The position numbers were made by a program, and so were the translations under genes. Below, in pieces: positions 1 through 9,633 of a stretch of DNA of 64,000 bases; position 1 is the stretch's first letter, and every line of letters starts with the position of its first letter. The stretch lies in sequence record MT713136.1; one strand, given 5' to 3'. The notes beneath the pieces are model-generated. The model saw nothing but the letters and a program-made list of their open reading frames with translations, was not told where the DNA came from and ran no database searches.

Positions 1-114
1 GGTAAATTTGTAACATCCCTCCCCCAACATACTCTAAATATACCTGTAAAGTGTAAAAAATGTGGACACCAAGAAATTGTTACACTTAAAGGGGTAGAAA
101 GTTTTTTCGCATAA
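1..114 (+). CDS. 26: baseplate hub subunit gp26-like, C-terminal part (window edge)
   Basis: Hand translation ...IPVKCKKCGHQEIVTLKGVESFFA*; CxxC plus LKGxxxFF end typical of gp26 homologs. Confidence 0.65.
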   Translation, partial: GKFVTSLPQHTLNIPVKCKKCGHQEIVTLKGVESFFA

Positions 115-278
115 CGCTTGTTAACCATACCATATACGATCATTTTAATACGGTATATAAGCTTAGAAAAGATGGATGGAGCCATTCGGACCTTGAGGAT
201 ATGACCCCCTTTGAATTTGGTGTTTATGTTCACCTCTACCTAAACGATCTTAAAGAACAGGCGAGAGAAAAGGACTAA
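102..278 (+). CDS. 51: gp51-like baseplate hub assembly protein; no start codon, probably reached by -1 frameshift
   Basis: Hand translation FFRITLVNHTIYDHFNTVYKLRKDGWSHSDLEDMTPFEFGVYVHLYLNDLKEQAREKD*, resembling the gp51-type 'YSLTELENMIPWERDIY' motif. Confidence 0.55.
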   Translation, partial: FFRITLVNHTIYDHFNTVYKLRKDGWSHSDLEDMTPFEFGVYVHLYLNDLKEQAREKD

Positions 279-635
279 GTGATGATTGACAAGCAGAAAC
301 AGAACGAACTTGATAAATCGGTTCGAGATGTCACGGATGCTATGGATATTGTTTCTGATTCGATGCTTAAGTTGGACGACAAGACAGAAAAGTTGTCCAA
401 CTCAACAAAAGACCTTACCGCGTCTTATGATATTACCTCTGATTCCAGTCTGGAAGTCGCACAAGAACAAGAAAAATTAGCGAACCAGATAAAAGGTGCC
501 AGAAAGGATAATAAGCGTAGTAATAAGGTTGAAAACGAATTAGTTTCAGCTAGACGAAAGCAACTGGAAGACATTTTAAATAATAAACAACCCCTAGTGG
601 ATTATAGCCAAGGTGTAAAAAGTCAGAACCCGGAA
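279..635 (+). pseudogene. 29: N-terminal fragment of gp29-like tape measure/baseplate hub protein
   Basis: Coiled-coil-like helical sequence after gp26/gp51; rejoins 61819 in frame. Confidence 0.55.
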
Positions 636-1208
636 CAGTGTGTGGTTGATTGGTGTTCAAATCTGGCATTTTTTGCCGCAGAACATAACCTACCAACACA
701 AGTCATCATTGATATGATGCAAGATCAGATGTTCCGTCCCATGCACGAAATTTTTAATTGCTCCCCCGCATTTGGTGACCAGCTTCTCAGGAAATACAAT
801 GAAAGTAAGTGGATTCGTGGTCTCAAACCTTATAACGACGCACTAAAATTCATCAACGAAAATAAAGATGAATTCGATTTCGTCGGTATTACTGCTTTAG
901 GAACTAAGTTCGAAGTTGCTGCAAACCGGATGTCTAACCTGAACGTATTATTTCCCGGTGCATTTCGTGAAGTTCTGATCTGTGACCACAACGAAAGTAA
1001 AGAGAAACTGTTTGAAGAGGCGTTTCAACACTATGGAAACCGGATAGTAACTTATGTGGATGATCTACCTCATCACTGTGATATGGCTCGTAAGGTGCTA
1101 AATGACCGTTGTGGACTCAATATTCCAGTTTATGAAATGAACCGTCGTAATAGCGACAAATCCGAATTCGTAGTTAACGATTTCAGTCAACTAGTAGGTA
1201 AAATTTAA
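636..1208 (+). pseudogene. 30.2: T4 gp30.2-like HAD-family protein lacking its N-terminal DxD motif
   Basis: WCSNLAFFAAEHNLP...LNVLFPGAF...YVDDLPHHC matches T4 30.2; ORF-track 279..1208 is a chimera. Confidence 0.75.
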
Positions 1209-1669
1209 TGCAATATGAAGTAATTTGTGATGAAACAAATAATCCGATGTTAAATATTAAATCTCCGGTTCCAACCTATTCTGTACCTCGCCGGGGGTAC
1301 GTTTTTGTACATCGTGGGATCTCTGGTATCTATGCTGGTATTCAGCTTGCACATGCACTCGCACGACTTGTACATGATCAATACGCAAATACTGATATGA
1401 TTGAGTGGATCCAAAACCACGAAACTCTGGTTGCTCTGGATGGTGGTAATTCCGATAACATGAACCAGATTATGGGGATTTTGTATGGTGCTGACAATGT
1501 GTTTGCATCATTTAACGAACCAGATATGAACAATATGGTTACTGCAATTGCATATGTTCCCTCTGAGGATGAAATGTTGGATATTGAATTCTATAAAAAT
1601 AACAAGGAATTGGTCCCAACAAACCCAGTAATCGATCTCCTTATTAAAACTCGTACTCATAAAGGTTGA
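1208..1669 (+). CDS. Pth2-like (peptidyl-tRNA hydrolase II family) protein
   Basis: GIQLAHA, W...TLVAL and FNEPD..NMVTAIAYVP motifs resemble phage Pth2-like proteins. Confidence 0.55.
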   Translation: MQYEVICDETNNPMLNIKSPVPTYSVPRRGYVFVHRGISGIYAGIQLAHALARLVHDQYANTDMIEWIQNHETLVALDGGNSDNMNQIMGILYGADNVFASFNEPDMNNMVTAIAYVPSEDEMLDIEFYKNNKELVPTNPVIDLLIKTRTHKG

Positions 1670-1672
1670 TAT

Positions 1673-3226
1673 ATGATTCTTGATATTCTGAACGAAATTA
1701 ATACCGCCCGTGGTAGCGCAAAACTGGAAGTTTTGAAATCACATGTAGATAACGAACTTCTCTCCCGAGTATGTCTGATGACATACAGTAAGCAGATTAC
1801 CTTTGGTATCAGCAAAAAGACATTCCCGGTTGTGTCATCCCATACCGGGGAATGCAGTCTTGAAAAAGCTCTAACTTTCATGATGGAAAAATTCGCAACT
1901 CGGGTCTTTACTGGTGGAGATGCTATCAGTAGACTTTCTGAAATTCTCAGTCAATTGTCTGAATCTGATTCGGAAGTGGTTAAAAGGATCATGTTTGGTG
2001 ATCTAGATGTCGGTATTAACGTATCCACTATCAACAAGGTATGGAAAGGTCTGGTTAAAGAACAACCTCAGATGCTGAGTAGTCCAGAAGATCAAAAACT
2101 GATTGATAAAATTCTCAAACTTGGTAATGCATATGCAGAACTTAAGGCTGACGGGGCTCGTGGATTTGGTGATGTGACTGGATTGTCAACTGATGATGGT
2201 GTACATTTCTTTACCCGTAGTTCAAACGAATATTTGGGTCTTAATCGCATTTTGAGAGCGATTGATAAGATGCAGTGCATTGGGTGGGTGTTGGACGGGG
2301 AATTCGTTGTACGCGCATCTGATGAGCCAGAAATCGATGTTATGGCAGCCCTTATGGGTGATGTTGAAGAAGTTGAACTCTCGAAAAGTAAAAAGTACGA
2401 TAAAACTGTGTTTGACCGTGAATCTGGTAATGGGATCATGAATACATCCCTTAAAAACAGTATCACTCCGGAAGACTCAGAGCGTGTTGTTTATCAGGTA
2501 TGGGATATTGTACCCCGTGATGTGTATTATGGTTTGGTTCCTTGTCCCCCAGAATTGACCCAACAGAAACGACGTAAAATTTTGATTGACTTCTTGTCTA
2601 AGTTGGATGATGATTGTATCCAGATCATTGAGTCTACCCCGGTAAAAACCCTTGCTGATGTACGCCGCGTGTATCAGGGTTATGTACAGGATGGATACGA
2701 AGGTATCATTCTTAAACACGGTGATTCTTTGTGGGAAAACAAGCGTAGTAAACTGTTTGTTAAGTTCAAGGAAAAATACCCGTTTGACCTTCGGATCGTT
2801 GAGGTTTATCCTCATGACAAAGACCCTAACAAGGTTGGTGGGTTTGTCATGGTCTCTGAATGTGGTACTATCAAGACAAACGGTGGTAGTGGTCTTACCG
2901 ATACAACCCATAAAAAATCATATAGTTCGGTTGACATTTTTAACCATCCAGAACTAGAACGGTTTGAAGATAAGGGTGGACAATTTATCGAAATCTATAT
3001 CCCGTTGGAAGAACGTGGTGAACTAGACCGAGAAAAATTGATGCAGATGTATCGAGACGGGGAACTTGATGATATGATTGTTGAATGTGAAGTTAACGCA
3101 CCAACCACATCAAAAACCCGGAAAGCTGGTGATCCAGAGTATAGTTTCTTCTTGCCTATCATCAAGAAACTGAGATGGGATAAAAACACCGCAAACCGCT
3201 ACGAAGATGTTTTTGTTATCAGTTGA
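1673..3226 (+). CDS. 30: ATP-dependent DNA ligase
   Basis: ELKADGAR (KxDG), LDGEFV, EGIILK, KFK motifs; T4 gp30-like N-terminus. Confidence 0.97.
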   Translation: MILDILNEINTARGSAKLEVLKSHVDNELLSRVCLMTYSKQITFGISKKTFPVVSSHTGECSLEKALTFMMEKFATRVFTGGDAISRLSEILSQLSESDSEVVKRIMFGDLDVGINVSTINKVWKGLVKEQPQMLSSPEDQKLIDKILKLGNAYAELKADGARGFGDVTGLSTDDGVHFFTRSSNEYLGLNRILRAIDKMQCIGWVLDGEFVVRASDEPEIDVMAALMGDVEEVELSKSKKYDKTVFDRESGNGIMNTSLKNSITPEDSERVVYQVWDIVPRDVYYGLVPCPPELTQQKRRKILIDFLSKLDDDCIQIIESTPVKTLADVRRVYQGYVQDGYEGIILKHGDSLWENKRSKLFVKFKEKYPFDLRIVEVYPHDKDPNKVGGFVMVSECGTIKTNGGSGLTDTTHKKSYSSVDIFNHPELERFEDKGGQFIEIYIPLEERGELDREKLMQMYRDGELDDMIVECEVNAPTTSKTRKAGDPEYSFFLPIIKKLRWDKNTANRYEDVFVIS

Positions 3227-3251
3227 CAAAAATGTGCAGGGGGAGTAAAAT
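3223..3251 (+). promoter_or_regulatory. sigma70-type early promoter
   Basis: TTGACA-N17-TAAAAT upstream of 3282. Confidence 0.75.
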
Positions 3252-3281
3252 CCCCCATACAATCAAAAAGAGGAATACATT

Positions 3282-3458
3282 ATGAAAGGTTATATCTCAT
3301 ATATGGGTAAAGTTGTTGATGTAGAGCTTGACGAAAATGGTAACATCGATTTTGAATCGATGGGGATCCCAATCGTCGGAGTTTTACCGACTGCGTTTAA
3401 CAAAAACACGTTTGTTGATGCATATGGTAATATCCTTCATTTCAACGTACATCGGTAA
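3282..3458 (+). CDS. hypothetical protein (58 aa)
   Basis: AGGA SD, hand translation MKGYISYMGKVVDVELDENG... Confidence 0.65.
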   Translation: MKGYISYMGKVVDVELDENGNIDFESMGIPIVGVLPTAFNKNTFVDAYGNILHFNVHR

Positions 3459-3467
3459 GGGATTTTT

Positions 3468-4088
3468 ATGACTCGTAAATTTAAATTCAAAGACGAAGAA
3501 TCATTTAACAATTTCATCAGTAAACATCCTTATCTCAAAGGGATTTTGTTCTGGTTTCGAGAATTTGAAGTAGATTATGACGAGGACTTTGGTAGGATCT
3601 ATAATATCCAAGACGTTTTTGGAGATTGGCATACCACCCAGTTCGGTTCACCTTTTTTCTCTTATGGTGATATTAAATCGTCCCTTATCGAAATTTATGA
3701 TTGTGAATATCGTAATAAGTATGGTATGACCAGAGAAGAATACTGGGATGAGGTAATGCGCCGTCGTCAACCGGAATATTGTGAGCTTGACCGCCTTAAT
3801 ATGATTGGGTCTTATTTCTTCCATGAAGAAGAATACAAAGACTCGCATTATGGTGGTAAACTGTCTGTATTCCTTAGTGAGGCAAAACGACCTTACGGAA
3901 ACAAAGATATTCAACAGTCTATCGCATATACTTTGGGATGGGATTGGGGTCGCGAACTTTGTTACGATATGAAGGGGTTGCCAGATAATGTCAAAGAAGC
4001 AGCTACACAATTACATGAAAAATTGATAGCACAAGTTAGAGAGAAGGAAAATAATGAGGAACGAGAGCGAAATAACACTAACAAATAG
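3468..4088 (+). CDS. hypothetical protein
   Basis: ORF in operon; KFKFKD N-terminal motif. Confidence 0.75.
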   Translation: MTRKFKFKDEESFNNFISKHPYLKGILFWFREFEVDYDEDFGRIYNIQDVFGDWHTTQFGSPFFSYGDIKSSLIEIYDCEYRNKYGMTREEYWDEVMRRRQPEYCELDRLNMIGSYFFHEEEYKDSHYGGKLSVFLSEAKRPYGNKDIQQSIAYTLGWDWGRELCYDMKGLPDNVKEAATQLHEKLIAQVREKENNEERERNNTNK

Positions 4089-5358
4089 TCAACAAATGGC
4101 GGTAGATGCGGTTCGATCTGGGACTGGTCATATTACGATATCCGGTCCTCCCGGTAGTGGTAAAACATTCTTGGTAAAATATATTATCAAAATGCTTGGT
4201 GACGAATTGGGTACGGTTCTTGCTGCCCCCACACACCAAGCTAAAATCGTTCTAACTGAGATGTCAGGTATTGAGGCTTGTACAATCCATAGCCTAATGA
4301 AAATCCACCCAGAAACACTTGAAGATATTCAGATCTTCGACCAAAGTAAAATGCCAGACCTTAGCACGGTTCGATATCTCATTATCGAAGAAGCGTCTAT
4401 GCATTCAAAAACCTTGTTTAATATTACGATGAAATCTATTCCTCCTACTTGTCGTATTATTGCCATAGGTGATAAAGACCAGATTCAACCAGTAGATCAT
4501 GCACCGGGTGAATTGAGTCCGTATTTCACAGATAGTAGGTTTACTCAAATCAGAATGACTGATATTATGCGTCAATCTCTGGATAACCCGATTATTCAAG
4601 TAGCAACAACTATCAGGGAAGGTGGCTGGATCTATCAGAACTGGAACAAAGAGAAAAAGTCTGGTGTGTACAAAGTAAAAAGTATCACAGACTTGATCAA
4701 CTCATATCTCAGAGTTGTGAAAACTCCGGACGACCTAACCAAATACAGGTTCTTGGCATTTACAAACAAGGTAGTTGATAAAGTCAACTCGATTGTCCGT
4801 AAACACGTATACAAAACAGACCTACCATTCATCGAAGGTGAGAAGCTTGTTTTACAAGAACCGGTCATGGTTGAATACGACGATGATACGATAGAAACAA
4901 TCTTCACTAATGGTGAGGTAGTAACTGTTGATGAAATCGAAGTGTCTGATATGAACATTCGTATTGATGGTTCCCCTGCATTTTCTATTTCAGTTGCCAA
5001 GCTTAAGGTAACATCAGATTTTTCTGGTGTGACCCATGACATTATGTCTGTATATGGCGAAGACTCAAAAGCCGAGTTTAATTACCAACTCAGTGAGGCA
5101 GCGGCAGTTATCAAACAAATGCAACGTGGACAAACTAAGGCGGCGTGGGCTTCGTTCTGGGATGCTAAAAAGACATTTACAGAAACGAAATCTCTTGGTG
5201 CATGTACCATTCATAAGAGCCAAGGATCTACTGTAAAGGGTGTCTGGCTTGGGTTGCATGATATCAGTTATGCTGATACCGACCTACAGCAACAGCTTGT
5301 TTATGTTGGCGTGACCCGCCCAACAGATTTCTGTTTGTACTTCGATGGCTCTAAATAA
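4054..5358 (+). CDS. dda: Dda SF1B DNA helicase
   Basis: GPPGSGKT Walker A, APTHQAK, IIEEAS, GDKDQIQPV, TIHKSQGST, YVGVTRP. Confidence 0.95.
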   Translation: MRNESEITLTNSQQMAVDAVRSGTGHITISGPPGSGKTFLVKYIIKMLGDELGTVLAAPTHQAKIVLTEMSGIEACTIHSLMKIHPETLEDIQIFDQSKMPDLSTVRYLIIEEASMHSKTLFNITMKSIPPTCRIIAIGDKDQIQPVDHAPGELSPYFTDSRFTQIRMTDIMRQSLDNPIIQVATTIREGGWIYQNWNKEKKSGVYKVKSITDLINSYLRVVKTPDDLTKYRFLAFTNKVVDKVNSIVRKHVYKTDLPFIEGEKLVLQEPVMVEYDDDTIETIFTNGEVVTVDEIEVSDMNIRIDGSPAFSISVAKLKVTSDFSGVTHDIMSVYGEDSKAEFNYQLSEAAAVIKQMQRGQTKAAWASFWDAKKTFTETKSLGACTIHKSQGSTVKGVWLGLHDISYADTDLQQQLVYVGVTRPTDFCLYFDGSK

Positions 5359-5393
5359 AGGAAAGGGGGAATTCCCCCTTACTTGAAAGGAAT

Positions 5394-5435
5394 ATGAAAA
5401 TGAAATGTATCATTTGTAAACAAAAAATTGAATCG
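5394..5435 (+). pseudogene. truncated CxxC zinc-finger protein N-terminus
   Basis: MKMKCIICKQKIES after SD, then runs into the opposite-strand gene. Confidence 0.4.
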
Positions 5436-5436
5436 G

Positions 5437-5583
5437 TTCGTCAGTTACTACCTGATTACCGGAAGGACTTGCTTCACCAATTAGGGTTGTTAGCGCGTTG
5501 ATACGAACTTTCCCGTGATGGGTAGAACGATCTTCTGATTTACGGAATGATATTTGGTCTTTCTTAATTTGTTCAAGCAGCAT
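5437..5583 (-). pseudogene. truncated YqeY/GatB-like protein N-terminus
   Basis: Hand translation MLLEQIKKDQISFRK...ALTTLIGEASPSGNQVVTDE. Confidence 0.5.
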
Positions 5584-5830
5584 TTAATACACCTTTGATA
5601 TATTGGATAGTTGATTTGAGGGTTTCCAGATCTTCTTTGCAAGAGTTGTTTTCAACCCAAGCAATAAACGCCATAACTTCTTGAGCTTCCATCACGTTCA
5701 GAGATTTCTGATGCATCATACGATTATAAACAGCTTCAATCGCATACTGGGAAGGGTCTTCAATACAAACCCACTCTTGATATTGCGGATAAAGTTCATA
5801 AAACTCATGCATGTTCAGACGAATAATCAT
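5573..5830 (-). CDS. hypothetical protein
   Basis: ORF in minus-strand early cluster. Confidence 0.65.
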   Translation of the reverse strand: MIIRLNMHEFYELYPQYQEWVCIEDPSQYAIEAVYNRMMHQKSLNVMEAQEVMAFIAWVENNSCKEDLETLKSTIQYIKGVLNAA

Positions 5831-5892
5831 GGTGAATCTCTCTTTGTTTTGTATGTTGAATTTTAAACTGGTCTTTTGTTTGTGTCAACAGT

Positions 5893-6276
5893 TTATCGGA
5901 TAGAAATGAAACCGTACACACCAGAAGAAGAACCAAAGGACATCGCAGCCTTCCAGTTGTCGATGTGTCCACGGACATACTTAGAAGCACCTTTCCAGCC
6001 ATTTCCTTTGTGAATATCACCGGTTTCCATGTTTACAAACCAAACCATCGAACCGGTAGTTTCCTCTCGTCCGTAATCGTGCATCACGATACGAGCGAAT
6101 TTACGGCCTGTTTGATATGAGTAAGAACGACGGTTGAGATTTGCAGTGATAAAAGATTCTACATGTTCTTCACTGTAACGAGCCCGCATTTCAGGGAGGA
6201 CACGATTGAACCAGTTATCTTCTGAAAAGGCATTCATTTCAGCAACCATAGTTTCGATTTTGTTCAACATAGTCAT
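5893..6276 (-). CDS. hypothetical protein
   Basis: GGAG SD, early promoter context. Confidence 0.75.
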   Translation of the reverse strand: MTMLNKIETMVAEMNAFSEDNWFNRVLPEMRARYSEEHVESFITANLNRRSYSYQTGRKFARIVMHDYGREETTGSMVWFVNMETGDIHKGNGWKGASKYVRGHIDNWKAAMSFGSSSGVYGFISIR

Positions 6277-6325
6277 TCTCCTAAATGGTGTCTCGTCTCA
6301 ACAGGGATAGTATCTCACAACGCAG

Positions 6326-6637
6326 TTATTCGATCAAGTACTTTTCTACAAAAGTTTTAGCCAATTTTAGTTCGGAAACGATTACATCAAAGTATGCTTG
6401 TCGCACATCCACATCTTGAACATTAAAAAATTCGTTTTCAGTGGCGATCTGATACTTATTGAAAACTTCACTTGCCCGCACCAAAGCCTGAAAAGAGAAT
6501 GTGTGGTGTTCGAAATAAGGACCACCATTCAGAGAGAACATCGCCGCATTAATACAGTCATTAGTACCTTTGAATATAGATTCATTTTCGAAAATACCGA
6601 TTGCACTATTGATATCATTGATGATTTTCTTTTTCAT
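6326..6637 (-). CDS. hypothetical protein
   Basis: Likely start MKKKIIND at 6637. Confidence 0.65.
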   Translation of the reverse strand: MKKKIINDINSAIGIFENESIFKGTNDCINAAMFSLNGGPYFEHHTFSFQALVRASEVFNKYQIATENEFFNVQDVDVRQAYFDVIVSELKLAKTFVEKYLIE

Positions 6638-6638
6638 A

Positions 6639-6866
6639 TCAGACCTCATAATCCAGAACATCTTGAAAATCAAAGGATTCAACGCCACCACCGGACACTT
6701 TGTCATAGTAGCAATGTACGTCACCTTCAAAGTCTTCATCGTAATAGCTTTCATACACCATTTCGACACCAGATTCAAGAACAACAACGATCTTGTCCTC
6801 AAATTGAGTCAGATCAATATGCTTGAAACCTTTAACATCATGCAGAGCAAGCAATACGTTATCCAT
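6639..6866 (-). CDS. hypothetical protein
   Basis: ORF with SD. Confidence 0.65.
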   Translation of the reverse strand: MDNVLLALHDVKGFKHIDLTQFEDKIVVVLESGVEMVYESYYDEDFEGDVHCYYDKVSGGGVESFDFQDVLDYEV

Positions 6867-6943
6867 CTTAATCTCCTTTGGGAACCATTTCCCGACAAAG
6901 CTAGTGTCTCATAGGCCGAAACCTAGGTCAACTACTTTTTAAG

Positions 6944-7261
6944 TTATTTTCCCAAATTAATGTAAGCGGCACGAAGATTAGCCACAACCAGATCCATGTA
7001 AATGCTAAACACTTCGGTAATTTCTCCGTCGTGTGCCGCACACTCATTGTGGCAGTTTACAAACTCAACCGATGACTTCTCTACGTAGTCACGAGACGCA
7101 CACGGTCCCAAGTTTTTCATCAATTCATGCATGTCGTTGGCAGTTTGGACGAAAGTAGAATTTGAACTTGTACCTGTAACAACCTTTGCATTAACCATTA
7201 CCAGAGTGGATTGAATGTCCATGATTGATTCGCGAAGGCTTTGCATAGTGATGTGAGTCAT
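6944..7261 (-). CDS. hypothetical protein
   Basis: GAGGA SD. Confidence 0.7.
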   Translation of the reverse strand: MTHITMQSLRESIMDIQSTLVMVNAKVVTGTSSNSTFVQTANDMHELMKNLGPCASRDYVEKSSVEFVNCHNECAAHDGEITEVFSIYMDLVVANLRAAYINLGK

Positions 7262-7273
7262 AGTGTGGTCCTC

Positions 7274-7501
7274 TTATTTAACGATGGTGAAACCAGATTG
7301 TACCAGATCTTCAACTTGACTAGCACCAACACGACCAACGGTGTTCATTGCAAAGTCTGGACTGTGAGTGATTCCCTGAGATTCGAGATAATCTAACACG
7401 GTGATATATGCAACTTTCAAGCTTACTGCTTCCACTATGAAATCTTTCATAGTGGAAGAACCAAGAACCTTGATAGACACAGCGTAATTGAACTTTTTCA
7501 T
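7274..7501 (-). CDS. hypothetical protein
   Basis: SD, downstream of promoter. Confidence 0.7.
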   Translation of the reverse strand: MKKFNYAVSIKVLGSSTMKDFIVEAVSLKVAYITVLDYLESQGITHSPDFAMNTVGRVGASQVEDLVQSGFTIVK

Positions 7502-7544
7502 TTCTCTCTCCTTTAGGGAACCACTCCCCGTTTCGACAAGACCT

Positions 7545-7572
7545 ATATTATCAGAATACGACTGGATGTCAA
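7545..7572 (-). promoter_or_regulatory. sigma70-type early promoter
   Basis: TTGACA-N16-TAATAT on minus strand. Confidence 0.6.
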
Positions 7573-7775
7573 CGCTCTAATTGTGATTGTTTGCAAATAT
7601 TTTTATATCGTGCTTCTAGGCAATCTAGCCAGTGGCGATGTACAGGGTCGGGATTCTTTTCCAGATGTTCTGTTAACATATCGATCATTAGCTGGAAATT
7701 ATCAATCAGATATGCTTGATCGTCAAATTCCAGTGGGATGAATGTAACCCCTTGATTCCACGAATATTGTTTCAT
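7569..7775 (-). CDS. hypothetical protein
   Basis: Coupled ORF. Confidence 0.65.
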   Translation of the reverse strand: MKQYSWNQGVTFIPLEFDDQAYLIDNFQLMIDMLTEHLEKNPDPVHRHWLDCLEARYKNICKQSQLER

Positions 7776-8329
7776 ACAAATACATCTTCCATAGTGAAAT
7801 TGATAGAACCTAACGCTTCTTTGAGGATATCAACCGTTTTGTATACTGCTGGGATGGTTTGATGTTCCTCCAAACCCCGATGACGATACATGTGATGGCG
7901 AATCATCATATCAATGACACTACTGGTAATCGTCTTGATGTCACTTGGGTATTTGCTACCGATATACCGTTTGTATTCCTTGATGAACCATTCCTGAGAA
8001 CGGAATTTAGTTCGTTTAAGGAATTCGGTTGGGATCGTAATACTCATTTCTGAGGTAATCCATACCTTGGTATATTCTCGACCTACAATATATTCCTTTT
8101 CTTCGCAAACAAACGCTTTATAAACGGTATCTCCAATAGGAGAGTTAGGTTCAAATTCCCAACGAGAGATAACACCATCGCTGTTTATCTCGATTGTCCC
8201 GGCTTTGTGATCGACAACACAATCACCCGGATTGTACCTAACTGCGTCTTTGAATTCACCACTTTCACCGATCCAAACAGTCCATTGACTCATGAAAGTA
8301 CTGTAGTGGCAGTAACCAATCTTCATCAT
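7772..8329 (-). CDS. hypothetical protein
   Basis: Coupled ORF. Confidence 0.7.
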   Translation of the reverse strand: MMKIGYCHYSTFMSQWTVWIGESGEFKDAVRYNPGDCVVDHKAGTIEINSDGVISRWEFEPNSPIGDTVYKAFVCEEKEYIVGREYTKVWITSEMSITIPTEFLKRTKFRSQEWFIKEYKRYIGSKYPSDIKTITSSVIDMMIRHHMYRHRGLEEHQTIPAVYKTVDILKEALGSINFTMEDVFV

Positions 8330-8724
8330 TAACCCTCGATTTTGAACTCGTTATAACCAACAAGAGAGATTTTACGTTCTTTCTTATGGTATACCAGATA
8401 GCGAATGACATCAACTTCTTTAACGTGATTCCGGATATATACATCGATGTCCATCATAGAATCTGCTGAGATCTTAACACCATTTACAACTCTCCCCAAT
8501 GGCATAGACACTGTGTCAAACACGTTGGTACACAATGTGCGAGCTTCTTGCCAAGATAGGTTATTCATCGCCTTTTGTTGACCACCCCGAGTGTTGTAGT
8601 ATCCTGTCCAGCCTTTTCCATTGCTTGGGCGATAACCAATCAACCACATAAGGTTGTCCATGTGTTCAATTACTACTTTAGCATTAGGCCATTTGTCGAA
8701 GTTTTTCATTTTACTTGTACCCAT
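8329..8724 (-). CDS. hypothetical protein
   Basis: Coupled ORF; start may be 8709. Confidence 0.7.
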   Translation of the reverse strand: MGTSKMKNFDKWPNAKVVIEHMDNLMWLIGYRPSNGKGWTGYYNTRGGQQKAMNNLSWQEARTLCTNVFDTVSMPLGRVVNGVKISADSMMDIDVYIRNHVKEVDVIRYLVYHKKERKISLVGYNEFKIEG

Positions 8725-9122
8725 TCGTTGTTTTCATGATAAATAGAGTCGGATTCGCGGAAGAATACAGGAAGATCGTTGAATTCTTGAACAAGATTTT
8801 CTGCAATCATCTTCATAATCTCGATACCTTCTTGGTTGTGACCAATAGAGATATAAACCTTATCTCCCTCATAAACAAAACCGTCGATTTCTTCTTTCTG
8901 CGAAACAGTACACATAAACATACTTCGCTTTCCACTTTCCGCGTTAAAGACAATTGAAAAGCTTTGGAAGTCGTAAGAATGAATTGTTGCAAATCCACCA
9001 ACGCCAATACTGGTATTCTTCGCATGAATACGCTGTATAAGATTGTGAACAACGTGGCCGATGTTGGTGATGTTCATGTTGTGATTACTGATGTCAACAA
9101 AAATAGAAGTACATACGCTCAT
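8706..9122 (-). CDS. hypothetical protein
   Basis: AGGA SD, follows promoter. Confidence 0.7.
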   Translation of the reverse strand: MSVCTSIFVDISNHNMNITNIGHVVHNLIQRIHAKNTSIGVGGFATIHSYDFQSFSIVFNAESGKRSMFMCTVSQKEEIDGFVYEGDKVYISIGHNQEGIEIMKMIAENLVQEFNDLPVFFRESDSIYHENNEWVQVK

Positions 9123-9161
9123 AATAAAATTCCTTTAAGTGTGTTTTGTTTCGACAAAGAG

Positions 9162-9191
9162 AGGATACCTTTATTGATATCCTCTTGTCAA
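9162..9191 (-). promoter_or_regulatory. sigma70-type early promoter
   Basis: TTGACA-N18-TATCCT on minus strand. Confidence 0.5.
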
Positions 9192-9196
9192 CATGT

Positions 9197-9631
9197 TTAA
9201 TCAACAAATTTCAGAGAAGGACATAATTTTTCTTTCTTCGCTTTCAGGAAAGATACAATCAATGATTCTTTATATTCCCCGTTGGCTTTTTCTTCAAGTT
9301 TCTTAGCGTCCCGCTTCCATTTCTTTATACGGGCGGAACTCTTAACGTGGTCGTATAGAATGGCTACCCCGACAAAAATTGCAACAAAAATTGCAATCAA
9401 TACAGCACCAATCAAAGGAGACGTTACCAAGACAAGACCACTAGTGATACCAAACACTTTTAGAACAGACAACCCAATACTTGCCATTGCAGAAATAAAT
9501 AGGGTTGTTAACCCAGATGCCATAACCAAAGCCCAAACAGTTTTCCAGAAATATGGACACAAACTAGTTGGGATTTTGTCGAACAGTGAGTTAAGTAGAC
9601 GATAGTGCCAGCTTGATTTATTAATATTCAT
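9197..9631 (-). CDS. membrane protein
   Basis: Two hydrophobic segments; SWHYRL...SLCPYFWK. Confidence 0.75.
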   Translation of the reverse strand: MNINKSSWHYRLLNSLFDKIPTSLCPYFWKTVWALVMASGLTTLFISAMASIGLSVLKVFGITSGLVLVTSPLIGAVLIAIFVAIFVGVAILYDHVKSSARIKKWKRDAKKLEEKANGEYKESLIVSFLKAKKEKLCPSLKFVD

Positions 9632-9633
9632 TT

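Noticed and set aside
279-1208. Novel coiled-coil::HAD fusion protein
   Set aside because: Chimera across a junction; the HAD DxD motif is missing and the N-part rejoins 61819.
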